From contig CATNEN010000001.1 of the NCBI GenBank assembly GCA_950097015.1, positions 16,740,001 to 16,804,000 on the forward strand: a stretch of DNA of 64,000 bases. Reading direction: 5' to 3'. Origin of the DNA: Macrostomum hystrix (taxonomy: Eukaryota; Animalia; Platyhelminthes). The position numbers and the translations under genes were made by a program. A model generated the notes under the pieces. The model ran no database searches, was not told where the DNA came from, and was given only the letters and a program-made list of their open reading frames with translations. Shown piece after piece: positions 38,001 through 49,175 of this stretch. How positions within the stretch are numbered: the first letter of the stretch is position 1; every line of letters starts with the position of its first letter.

Positions 38001-39502
38001 ATTTCCCGTCCTGAGTAGTCAGTGAAACACGAGACAGCCGATGAGAAAGTCAAACTAAGAGAAACTGAAGGAGGCGACCCCATCGGGGTGCGAACACAGA
38101 AGTTAGCTCAAGCTGACTGACTGCCTCAATGGATCGAGTCGGAGTCTTCAAACATTCCGGCAAAATTGTTTATTCTCGCAGCCTGCCATTGCTCGGACTC
38201 CAGAAAAAATGTTGACCAAGCGTAGTCCGGCAGGGAAGGGGAAAATTTGGCGGGAATTGCGGGAGGAGCGGCGGAAGAAAAGTATTAGAAACGAACAGAG
38301 AAAACATTGGAGTGGGTCCAACTCGATCGATAGCTTCCCTTGGATAATTAACGATGGACTCAAATGGGGCAGCGGCAATGATTTGGAACTAGAGAGAAGA
38401 AATAGCTACTCCGGGATAAATAAACTGTTGATATACGGCCGAATATCTGAATAGCTAAGTGAGCGCGTGGGTGTGAGCAGAATTTTCTGCAGTCACATTG
38501 TTCAGCTTTCCTGCAGTGGCATCAAGTCAGAACTTATTCCAGACATTATACTCTATATAAATCCGTACAATGAATGTTTTTATGACTTTTTATTTGCTTA
38601 AGTGTGACCAAGTAGACATCGGCCTTCACCGTCGCTCCATCAGTGTTCACCGTCTGGCTAATACCGTCACTCCATCAGCTTTCAACGACACTCCATCAGA
38701 CTACACCGTCACTCCACCAGCATCACCGTCATTCCACCAGCATCACCGTCACTCCACCAGCATCACCATCACTCCACCAGCATCACCGTCACTCCACCAG
38801 CCATCACCGTCACTCCATCAGACTAAACCATCACTGGACCCAACGTGACTCCATCAGACCAAAACGAAACAGCAGCAAGTTGTGGGCCCGCTCACCCAGT
38901 TGTCCTTAGTCTTGGCAATCTCCAACAGTTGCTTCTGCAGCTGCTCGCCGACACCACCCGGCCGTTGAAAGTCCTGCACTATTCGAGCCGTGTTGGCAAA
39001 CTTCTCTTCGGAAACAACCGGCTCAACCAGCTTCAGGTACATGCTAAGGGTGCTGTGCAGGTCTGGCACTGGCAGCTTGGGTAGTGGACGCTGTCAAGTG
39101 GCGGAAAGAAGTTATAATTAGACAATCGATGAATGCCAGGCATCTTCAGTACAGGAACCTATTGTTTGGCTTGCCAAATTTAGAACTGGCAGAAAAATCT
39201 TTAACTAAATTTTCTTTTACCCACCCCAGCCACGATGAAATCTTTTTCACATTACCCGAACGAAACTTTGAGGACCCGACTTGGAATTGGATCAACTCCA
39301 CTGGTCTGAGAAATCTTTCTCTACCTCTCTCTCCATGTAAAATTAGTCCAAGGCTGGTTAGCTTCAACTAACTGAGTTCGCAGACCAAAGAAAAATATCG
39401 ACCAACAGCGAGGAAACTCACCGACAAGTCCCAGTTTGGATACTCGTCCAAGTCTTTCGAGGAAATGCGTCGCACAAACTCCTTGACAGGGTGTACAGGC
39501 AT
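23021..39502 (-). CDS. ChAT: Choline O-acetyltransferase, ~675 aa; core exons 39502-39422, 39090-38896, 36919-36801, 32700-32647, 31585-31405, 30459-30282, 29176-28965, 27922-27822, 25923-25792, 24670-24548, 24162-24024, 23956-23756, 23332-23021
   Basis: Thirteen GT-AG exons join in frame. Motifs include [43 protein letters not shown], the catalytic-His motif [34 protein letters not shown] and [14 protein letters not shown] and GVDNH indicate the choline rather than carnitine type (TET/DRH). VAChT lies directly upstream. Confidence 0.93.
23385..23550. repeat. AT-rich ~52-bp tandem repeat, three copies, ChAT last intron
   Basis: Read directly. Confidence 0.75.
24820..25770. repeat. 14-bp minisatellite (tgttagataacacc), ChAT intron
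   Basis: Tandem units read directly. Confidence 0.9.
28540..28925. repeat. 35-bp minisatellite (ctctgaagctactcaatctactcgagaattatcct), ChAT intron
   Basis: Tandem units read directly. Confidence 0.9.
29773..30225 (+). mobile_element. Two SINE family A copies in tandem: truncated 29773-29927 and near full-length 29930-30225
   Basis: The internal segment gcttgtcgtgcaattt...gtgctcagga occurs twice. The second copy starts with the head gggtgagtggcaaagcggttaacg...gctcgattcc. Confidence 0.8.
30540..31020. repeat. 24-bp minisatellite (gatttggtagactcaagacaatga), ChAT intron
   Basis: Tandem units read directly. Confidence 0.95.
31646..31856 (+). mobile_element. SINE family A copy with an internal deletion
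   Basis: Head gggtgagcggcagagc and 3' end gcagccctcctgcaattattaat match the family. Confidence 0.75.
37480..37815 (-). mobile_element. SINE family A copy, ChAT intron 2
   Basis: Near full-length match to the other copies. Confidence 0.8.
38690..38830. repeat. 20-bp minisatellite (caccgtcactccaccagcat), ChAT intron 2
   Basis: Read directly. Confidence 0.8.
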
Positions 39503-39518
39503 CTTTCTTCGTTTCTGC

Positions 39519-39521
<3 letters not shown>

Positions 39522-39551
<30 letters not shown>
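39522..39551 (-). repeat. (CAG)10 tract at the 3' splice site of the first ChAT coding exon
   Basis: The minus strand reads CTTT(CAG)10 CAAGCAGAAACGAAGAAAG ATG. Confidence 0.85.
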
Positions 39552-42543
39552 AAAGGTCTGAAGGGTGAGCAAAACTTCGTGAATAAACTGGTGAATCTTG
39601 GCTCTGCTATTTTTAGCTTTCGCAAAATAAACTAAAACACTTTTAGGGGGAGGAAAAGAGAGAAGCAGAGTTAAATGAGTGGACACTTCAGGGCCCGCGG
39701 GCTGTGGTTACATAAACTCTCTTTCCCTTCTTCTCCTTCTCTCTCCCCGCCGCTCTCAAACTCCAGCTCCAACTTGATGACGGTGACTTAATCGAACAGG
39801 CCAGCAAAATGTGCCTGCGGACTGTTAAAGTTTGGAATCCATAATTTCTCCGTCTCTTCTCATCCTGGAGTTGGGGTTGGGTAGGTCCTTGAGATCCTGA
39901 CTGAGAACTTGCGTCCCGGTTTGCAAATCAAACTCACCCGCTTCCGCGGCGATGAGAACCTGATCGCATATTTATGGAAAAAATATTTGATTTTTGTCTA
40001 GTTCGATTTTTTGTCGGTCGGAGAAGGCTGGGAACCGTTTCGTTATAGTTTGGGCAAGCGTTGATAATTTTTGTATCTACGCATGCTACTCAATTTAATA
40101 GATATATTTTATTCCAAGAGCTTGTTGCAATGAGATGCGAGATAGAGAGAGAGATGGGAGCAGAGAGCAGGCGATGGAATGCTGTACTTTGCCACGCTTT
40201 AGCAGCATCGCCAACCCATTGTTTTCGGGTCAGGTTTGGACGGTATTGATTTGAAGTATTGAAGCTAACTAATGACAGAAGTCACTAAATTTCAAAGTTT
40301 TCCAGCAATAAATGCCGTCTCCTTGTTGGGGAGACGGGGACAGAGGACAGCCAATTTAGGGCAGCGGATGGTTAAGTGCAAAAGGCGCATTCTCAGCTAA
40401 GCTTTGGTTAGCCTAACTAACTAGCTGGGCCTTCTGCCAAATCAAGTCGCTGATTGATTCCCAATCTGCCCGTCTCTCTGGGTCGCCAAATGGGAGAATT
40501 TCTTAGCAGGCCACTCCAGAGAAAGTTGGGCTCGCATATTCTGTGTGGGCCCGATGCGCCTTGACGATGTGCGTCGCTTCACAAATCGAAAGAAACAACA
40601 GAAAATGTGAATGGAAACATCTGTGACAGGCAGTAAATGCCCTGAGTTGCTTCTGTCCTTCCATTTAAGCCTGAGTAGATTCTGAGCTCCCTGTCGTCAC
40701 TCCTAAGTCCACTCGTCAGCGCCATCAGCCGAATCAGCAGCCAAGACGATAAAAGTGGGCTGGCAAAGTGGCAAAAATGAGGCAGAAATCAATGCCCCAT
40801 CCCTGTCTGTCAGGGCCACCACCACACGAGAATGCGGGTCCCAGGAAAGCACTGTTTTGGTGGACGGCAGGGCGAAAGCAGTCCCTAATCAGGCCTCTCT
40901 TGTTGCATCAATTTGCTGGCTGAGCAACAATATACTACTAGGACAGGCCGGCAAAGAGGCCTTCGTCAATTGAGAATCGAGGCAGTCAGAAGGACAGAGC
41001 AGCTCGGCCCTTCCCGTTGCTCTGAACGGCAGCAAATTCATTTAAGCTTCTAGTCAACCCCTTCTACTGTCGTACAAAGAGCCAGTAAATTGGCTCAATA
41101 ACTCTGCTCTCCCTAGCCACGAGTCCCACCTTAGCTTATTCTTCCCAAGCTGATGACAGTCTTTCCCTTCCCCCGCCACAGACTGTTCCCAGCGCGGCAG
41201 GATCGAGGAAAATGAGCCCAATTCCGCGCAGCCGCACGAAGCCCTTAGGGGGGAGGGCTGGCTGAGAATGAAGTAGGGCGCGGACAGTCGATGGCCCGAT
41301 GAGGGAGCGTTGAAGGCCGGACACGGTCTGACTGCTTGATACGCTGGTCACGCCGGGTCCTGATCAAGGCAGAGAGCGCCGTCATTAGATAAAATTTCCA
41401 CTTTCTCTTTTCTCAATTTAAGAGCGGGCCATCTGGGCGACTCAAATGGGGACCCTGAGCTCGTCGAATCAGTCAGATTATCTCCCATTTTCCACAGAAT
41501 TCCCACGTGACAGCTGGGGAGGGCTTGGGATCACAGGGATTTGCGCTTCCATTTTCATCGACTTGGTTCTGGTGGCCTGAATTTTGAAGCGATACGTCAA
41601 CGCGAAGCCTAGCCTCAGGAAACGCGACAATACCTACCGTCTACGAGCTAAACGCTTACGCTGTTGAAAGCAAAATCAACAAGTGCAAAGTCGTTTTTCA
41701 CCCGAAAATGAGGGTGTAATTTTTATTTGATCACTTCAAAGCCATCCACAATCTGCACAACGAATATGCAGTGCAACAAACAAACGGTTGCACATAGGAG
41801 TCTAAATCTTATTAAATTCTGTGCCAAAAACTGCTACGGTGCAGATCGCTATACGTGACAAAACTTTGCTAAATAGCCAAACAAATTAATACTAAATATT
41901 ATTAAAGTGCAATAAATATAGTGATTTTAATCATACTAGTCAAAACTTTCTAGCAAAAAGAACAATGGACAAAAGAAAAGTTTTAAAACATTTTCTAATT
42001 CATACTTCAATGGAAAGCAAACATAAATACTTAAGTACTAAGGTAGGTCTAGACAAGATGCGCCAAAGGCTTCTTGGAAGCTAATTAAAACAAAAGACGT
42101 TTCTAAAGCCTAAATCGTTTATGACAACGAGGCAACTAGATAAATAAATAATTTGTTTTTTTAATAGCATTCACTGCCACAGGAAAAAGTTTGCATAGAA
42201 ATATATATTCGACAACCATTTTGAATGATGAGGGCTTAAGAGCTCTTTTAAGCGTACAAAACGCCAAATACAGCAATGAGAAGCGAGTTTGCAAAGCAGT
42301 GTATCAACAAAATCTGCATCAAAGCATAAGGTTCTAGCGCGCGTGTCTGAGCTGAGAACACAGAGGCAGCGATAGCGTCATATCGTCCGATGCTAAACAT
42401 AACGCCGAAACAGCGCGGGACAAGTCTTCGAGACAACAGCAATAACAAAAGCTATAGAAGGGAGTTTTAGCGTTAGAAAATGGTTCATAGTTTGCAGACA
42501 CTAGTGCGGAATTTTCTTAATCTTGATAATAATCTCCAACGCT

Positions 42544-44214
42544 TTACTCCAGTGGCCCTTTATTCCTCCAAGCCGACTGGGACTCATTGTAGGGCGGCGG
42601 AGGTGGCGGCCTCGGAGGGGCGAAGTCCCTGCCACCGCTGGGGCCGAAGGCGCTAGAGAAGTCAGTCTGGAAGGCCTGGCCTCCCACATCTGGCTGCTGC
42701 ATGTCAGCATAGGGATCTTCCTTGCCATCAAGAGGCTTGGCCTCGATCCGATCTGCTCCGTTAATCATGTAGGTGCGCATGTGCGGCTGAGGTGCGTTCT
42801 GAATCGCCAGGCCGTCACCGGCGATTTGTTCTCCGCCCTCCACCAGATTTCCACCGTACTTATAGACGTTGCGCAGGATTAGAAGCACAGGTGCATAAAG
42901 TATGTTGCTTAGAAAGATGACAACGTTCATTCCTGTGAAGCTCAGCGACTTGACTAGCCCAGCAGCCACCACCGGCCCGAAAGCATAAGCCATACTGTAC
43001 GAGATGTCAGCAATAGCGTACACGGACCCATACACAGATGAGTAGTGGTGATCGACCACAAAGCCCAGAGTCGGCAGAAGAGCAGTGTCAACAAGAGCGA
43101 TGCCATAACATAGCAGACAAATTGGTATCATCAGAGTCTCATAGCTCTTGCAGAACGGCACGCAGAGACAGGAGAACCCTTCAAGGGAGAGTCCCACTGC
43201 TGCCATTAGCCACTGGTATTTTGGAAAGCGGCGAGCCAGGTACACTGTGCTGTAGACTCCCAGGACGTGGGGAAAAAATGACGGCAGCCACACCAAACCC
43301 ACCTGTGTGTTCGTCGAATTCAAAGTCTCTATCATCCAAATTGAGATGGTGGGCTCCAGAAATGCCAGAGAGACGTTGGACATAGCCAGGGCGCCGGCGC
43401 AGGTGACGATGTAAGGGTCTTTGAGCAGGCGCCAAATTGGGGTCCCCTTGGGCAAGTCTCCGGTTGCCTTCTGAGTTCGACGTTCGATTCGAACCGGCTT
43501 CATAACCACCAGCATGAGGCAGCCGTCAATCAGAGCGATGCCAGACAAGACCATGAAGGGCAGCACTTTGCCAAAGTGGTCGTAGAGAATGCCACCGAAT
43601 GGCGGCGCCACCAGAGATCCGAACGAGATGAAGGCAAGAGCGATGCCGAGTGCCGTGGTCCGCTCAGTCTCCTCAGTGTACCGGTCGGCAATCATCGCCA
43701 AGCCGGATGTGTCGGCGAAAGCGGAGCCGACGCCTTGCAGACTGCGAGCCAGCATCATCACCGAGTAGGAGTGTCCGAACGCAAATACAACCGTGGAAAG
43801 GCAAATTACTGTCAAGCCGAACATCATGGGTCTATCATAACCAACCTTGTCAATAATTGTGCCGCTGATTGGGTTGATAAGAAGCTGCACAAAGGCTTTG
43901 CTGGCAAACAGCAAACCGATTTTTCTCTCGGCAGAATCCGAACGTCTCCAATAGTCGTTAGTGTGACTACTGTGGTTTGTGTGATAAGACGAGTGCGTAG
44001 CGTTATAAATGGTCGTGTAGTTCTTTGTGGTGTTGCTGACTCTGCTGTAGGGGTCGCTCAGCTCTTTAGTGACGTTGGTGAGGTAGTGCGGAATGATAGG
44101 CACAATGACCATGTACAGCATGTTGTCTAACAGCAGTGCGATGCAAACGATTACCAGGACCAACTTTCGCTGCGACCTCGGGTCCTCAATTAGAGACTGC
44201 AGATAGCTCAGCAT
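42544..44214 (-). CDS. VAChT: Vesicular acetylcholine transporter (SLC18A3/unc-17), intronless, 556 aa
   Basis: MFS transporter with SLC18A3-type motifs RKLVLVIVCIALLLDNMLYMVIVPIIP, GLLFASKA, ARSLQGVGSAFADTSG, LAFLEPTI and SVYGSVYAIADISYS. It lies on the same strand immediately upstream of the ChAT coding exons. Confidence 0.96.
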   Translation of the reverse strand: MLSYLQSLIEDPRSQRKLVLVIVCIALLLDNMLYMVIVPIIPHYLTNVTKELSDPYSRVSNTTKNYTTIYNATHSSYHTNHSSHTNDYWRRSDSAERKIGLLFASKAFVQLLINPISGTIIDKVGYDRPMMFGLTVICLSTVVFAFGHSYSVMMLARSLQGVGSAFADTSGLAMIADRYTEETERTTALGIALAFISFGSLVAPPFGGILYDHFGKVLPFMVLSGIALIDGCLMLVVMKPVRIERRTQKATGDLPKGTPIWRLLKDPYIVTCAGALAMSNVSLAFLEPTISIWMIETLNSTNTQVGLVWLPSFFPHVLGVYSTVYLARRFPKYQWLMAAVGLSLEGFSCLCVPFCKSYETLMIPICLLCYGIALVDTALLPTLGFVVDHHYSSVYGSVYAIADISYSMAYAFGPVVAAGLVKSLSFTGMNVVIFLSNILYAPVLLILRNVYKYGGNLVEGGEQIAGDGLAIQNAPQPHMRTYMINGADRIEAKPLDGKEDPYADMQQPDVGGQAFQTDFSSAFGPSGGRDFAPPRPPPPPPYNESQSAWRNKGPLE

Positions 44215-46154
44215 TGTTCTAATATCTTTGATTACTTAAATGCCAGAAGTGAAAAGCTAAACAAAAAATATTATCTTGTTTCTATTATCTTTATTGTCGG
44301 CTTCAAAAGCAGCTGAAAAGACACTAAAGCAGTTTTTTATCTCACCAAAGGCGCTTCTATCCGAGTCAGTTCTTGTCTGTTTGTAAAAAGCGGTTCAAAT
44401 CTAAAAATTTAATAAAAAAATTAATTTCTTTTCATCTTTTATAAGTGACTAAAAAAGGCCCGCAAACATTTTTGTGAATTTTACGCAAATGAACTTATTT
44501 TAAATGAATTGAAAGCTTTCTCAGCTCGCAAGATAAGTTGGTGCCACAATAACCTCATTGTCATGTTTCCTGTTGTCCATTTCCTAAAAAAACAACTTTC
44601 TACCCTTACTTTACTTTCCCATGAAGAGGCGCGGCCAGAACAGGAAAGCAAGAGGAAACGGCAACGCGGGCTGAGATGCAGTTTCCAGCAGGTTGAGCTC
44701 ATTGAAGCGACGGTGGCGGGCGGAATGAAGCCGGGATGTACCACTCACTAGTTGCAAATCAATAGACTCCGAGTCAGACTTGGGATCTGGTGGGACTGGG
44801 CCACGGTGAAAGGGACAGAGGAAGGTACTGAAGTGCTTGAGACTGGGGGCAGACAGGTTGAAAAGAAAGAACTGTGAGGGGAGGAGGCGGGGTTGAAGAA
44901 ATTGGAACCCCTTCTTTTCTTGTTTTTCTCTTTCTTCAAAACTGCATCCTAGCGCGCGTCGCTGAAGGCAGCTGAAGGGCAGCTCAACCCGCTTTGTCAC
45001 ACTTCCAAATAGCCTCTCTCCTCTGCGCGTGTTTCTTCTTGCATCTCGCACTCGCAACTTCACCTGCCTGCCTGCCTTCATCCTCACATGGGTTTGTTCT
45101 CGGGTGCAGTGTCCTACTCCCAATGTTCCCCTAACACCATTGAATACGTTTGCGCCTTTTTACCTCGCCTCGGCCATTGGATTCACGAGCCCCTTTCTCC
45201 CCCCCGTGCCCAGCTTCTTAATCTTGCCCGCGCGGTGTCAGGTTGCCCACTGACAGATGGCGAGCACCTCCTTTAGCTATTTTACCTCTTCGTTATAAGC
45301 TATGATTCTCACGCTTATCTTTTACCATCAAGGCCCTAGGTCGTGTGCCTATGCTCATGAATATGCGGATGAATTTTACACTTTTCGACTAACAAAATAG
45401 TTTTACAAGAAAAATACATTATTGAAAACCAGTTTCAAGAATCTTACACCTACCAGAGATTTGATGCACTCAGCTTCTACCAGAAAATTGATCGTCAGCA
45501 ACACTAATTCGACGCGCTGTGTTCCTCCGTCAGCCAGGAAGCGCCGGAAGTTTGAAGACTTTTGCCCAGCGATTTTCTAGGATTTTCGCCTTATCCGGTC
45601 CCAATGAATGGGGTGGTTGGAAGGTGATCCGCGAATGGCGAGCCGTGCCTGAGTGGCGTCGGCGGCCGGTCTGGCTTTTCTGTGGCCGGCCGGGGGGGGA
45701 GTTTGAGGATCTATTCAGCGCCGCCGAGACACTGGGATTCGGCTGCCAGTCCTCTCTCCCCGTGTCCTTATTAGGAAGAGCGACTGTGGAATAAGAGGAT
45801 GAGAGACCGTAGTTGGGATTCAGACGCAGAGGAAATAGGAGCAAGTTCTCAGCCAATCGCAAATGCCCAATGAGCCTCACAAACCAATGCTGTTGGCGAT
45901 TCACAAGACGTCTGGAGGAAAAATTGCCAAAATTTTCAGATTTTTAATTCTTCATTTCTTAAGTCACGTATTCATGGGGGACATTATTGGTTCGCTGCTA
46001 TAGGGGATGTATTGTTATCTGGTAAAACAGGGAACATTGTTGAGAAGGAGATTTTGTTAGGGCCTCTCGGAGGGGGCTAAATAGCTAGTTTGTATCTAAA
46101 CTGAATCTAAAGCTGTAATTATACTCTTGTTATTGGATATGATGCTCTGATTTT

Positions 46155-46465
46155 ATTGCAAATATTGCAGGAGGGCTGCGGGCAATGGCAGATTATTTGG
46201 TGACACTAGACCCGCAGCCAGCGAGGAGGCAATTCTGCCCATTCCGCTGAATCCTGAGCACACACGCACACAGATACTGTTTGCAGGCACACGCTCACAC
46301 AGGTGTGTACATCTGCCCTGACTTTCATTCTTCGTCAGGCAGTGTACACTCTCACTGTGTCTTCGAGGTTGGCATTCGAGGGCATAAATTGCACGACAAG
46401 CCCCAAAGCCTTCTCTCCGCGGCTGCGCACCAAATAAATGTGGCCTCACCGCGGAATCGAGCTGA
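46155..46465 (-). mobile_element. SINE family A copy (5'-truncated)
   Basis: Match to the family; the extreme head is missing. Confidence 0.8.
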
Positions 46466-46594
46466 AGGCACCAATTGTTAAACGAATTCAAATTACAAAT
46501 AATTTCGAGAACAGAACTGCATTATCGCTAACTTTATTAGCCATGAAATACTAAGTTGAATTTCATTAAATTACTTTCGTAAAAAAATTATTTC

Positions 46595-46925
46595 GGGGGT
46601 GGGGGGCAGAGCGGTTGACGCGCTTGCCTCTCGCACCAAGGTCCCTGAGCTCGATTCCACGGCGAGGCCACATTAAATTGGGGCGCGGCCGCGGAGAAAA
46701 GGCTTGGGGGCTTGTCGTGCAATTTACGCCCTCGAGAGCCAACCTCCAAGACACAGTGAGAGTGTACACTGCCTGACGATGAGAAAGTCAGGGCAGGTGT
46801 ACACACCTGTGCGCGTGTGTGCTCAGGAGTCAGCGCAATGGGCAGAAATGGGCCTCCTCGCTGGCTGCGGGTCTCGTGTCACCAAATGATGTGCTCGCAG
46901 CCCTCCTGCAGTTATTCTTATTTTT
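46595..46925 (+). mobile_element. SINE family A copy, sense orientation
   Basis: Head ggggtggggggcagagcggttgacgcg...gagctcgattcc and tail gcagccctcctgcagttattctta. Confidence 0.85.
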
Positions 46926-47619
46926 TTATAATTACCATTTTTTCGAATAACATAATTAAAGTATTGAGTATTAATTAATCAATAAACTTCATGAAACTAG
47001 TCCTGAAAGAAAGTTTTCGAAACTGTAGCAATAATGTTAGTGTGTACCGAATCGCTTACCTAATCGGATATAAAGAAAATTCTTTAAAAAAACACGGTAC
47101 GCCACTTGGATGGTGCAATTGCTCACCACAAATTAAAGCAAAATGAAATTTTCATTTCCTAGGACCACCCTGAAGCTAAGTGAAGAATAGGAGCTGAAAA
47201 ACTGAAATTATATAAAACAAGTCAACACGAAAGAAACAAAGAGTCTTTCGTGGATTATAATTTATATTGAAAGGCTGAATAGCCAAGTCTGGAAGCAAAT
47301 ACCTCGAATTCGTATATGAAATATTACGACAAAATTCCTACTTGCTTGCAATTTATGGAAATTGTTAGCACTTTTTAGTTTGAACGTTGAAATATCAAAG
47401 AAAGACATAAAAACTAAATAAATTATGAATCCGATATTCCCAAAAATTTCGGTTGTGCGAGTCTGATCTCAATCCACCTAAATTTCGACATACATTTTTA
47501 CTGGGAAGCTCTTAACTAGGACCTGCATTCGTCTTGTATGCTGCCTGGTGTGATCAGCAGACCGCGTTTGCGATATGGTCTGCTTACCGTTTGTAATCTA
47601 GACTATCTACCTGGCCTTC

Positions 47620-47862
47620 GATATGAAGAGCTCTGAGAGCACGTCACGTGGATTGAAAAGCCCAGCATTAACTTTTAAACAGTTTCTCACTGCCCATCAA
47701 CGCCTGGCCATGAGGGCATTCCCAGATCCTGAAGCCCACGAATTTCAGCAGCAGGCAGTACTAGAACAGTTTTTACAAGGCATTAATGACACCTTTGTGA
47801 CAGAGAAGCTGCTCAACATGACGACACCAATTGCACACATTGCTGCAAGCTCAGCAGCTTAA
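47620..47862 (+). mobile_element. Degenerate LTR-retrotransposon gag-like fragment
   Basis: RLAMRAFPD...VLEQFLQGINDTFVTEKLL resembles the C-terminal capsid region of Ty3/gypsy Gag. No LTR or pol is seen. Confidence 0.45.
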
Positions 47863-49175
47863 ATAAACCTATCAGTTTTTGCAATGCCGAGGTTACCACG
47901 GGCAACCAGGCGCAGCACATTCTACTACAATGGCAGCACCATTGGAATCAACGGCTAATCAGCGGCGACAGCCACACCAGCACCAGCATGAGATAGTCTA
48001 AAACCTGAGTGGGGACCGCCAGCTAGTCAAATATACTAGAAATGAGAATCTCGTTGTTTGTATTTTGTCACATACAAAAAATTTTTGTGCTTGTTTTTCC
48101 ACTCGCCTATTAACAGTTATCACTGGTCACTGAAAATAACTTTCTGCTAGAATAACATTGGAAGAATAGTTTTGTAACTTCGAAAGGCGGTGCATTGTGC
48201 AAAGCGTCTGATAATATTGTATCCATGAAAAAACATTTAATTCATTTAAACTTTTTAATAGCTTCGATAAAAAATACCAAAAATACTTTTTTCTTGCGAG
48301 CCCGTACAGGAAAATTTACAAGTTTACAAAGTTAAAATAAAAAGAACATATTTCACCTCTGCTACTTAAAACCGTACGTGTTGAAAGTGAGTAAAAACCG
48401 AGTCCTCTTTATCAGTACTGGAAGTAGTACATGAGGTAGCGTGGAATCTACAGTGCTCTTGTCATGCTTATGTAATTAATGTACGTTGCACGTTTCATTG
48501 TACGTGTGTGCAGAGTGTGTGATATAAAATCACAGCCACCCCGCCTCTAACAATAAACAAGAGCGCCCTGCCTTGGAGACGGAAATGTTGAGTCCTCACT
48601 ACATTGAGGAAGAAGACATTCTTACTGTCTTCCATTTGGAAAAAAGAGATTTGGGGAAATTGAGAATGGGAAAATTCCAGAAAAAACTGGTGGTTGTAAT
48701 AAGAAACAAAAGCATATCATGACTAATTTCATGTGGAGACATCTCTTTACGAGTGACACTAACTCAAACAAAAGGCTATGATGATACACAATAAAAGTAC
48801 ACTTCAGGCCACATACATTACAACAAAGAGCAACCACTAGGTTTCATAAAAATGATGAAATCGTCATTGACTAACAGCTATTTTTAGAGGTTTGTCAAAC
48901 TTATAGTAAACTGTTCAAACAAGAGTTGATATCAGAAAAAATCTAACGAAAGCTATAAAATTTCATGTTTGTTACGCTATCAGTCATTAGGGAGAAGCAG
49001 CAAACAAAGGTCATACGTTGAGCATTTAAAACAAATCTTAGAAATTACATTGTAAACACCACACAAGCAGTAAAGCCATTGAATTCTTCAACAAAAAATA
49101 CTGAAAATAAAAACTCATGCCTTTTTTAAAGCTCAGCTGCAAGTCACAGATGGCTTGATCAGTTTTTAACCTTGT

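Noticed and set aside
23021-39502. Carnitine acyltransferase as an alternative identity
   Set aside because: The GRVD and DNH motifs and the adjacent VAChT favour ChAT.
42523-44130. Plus-strand ORFs overlapping VAChT
   Set aside because: Antisense shadows of a GC-rich coding region.
46595-46670. tRNA gene
   Set aside because: It is the tRNA-like head of the SINE. It continues into the SINE body and no convincing cloverleaf is evident.
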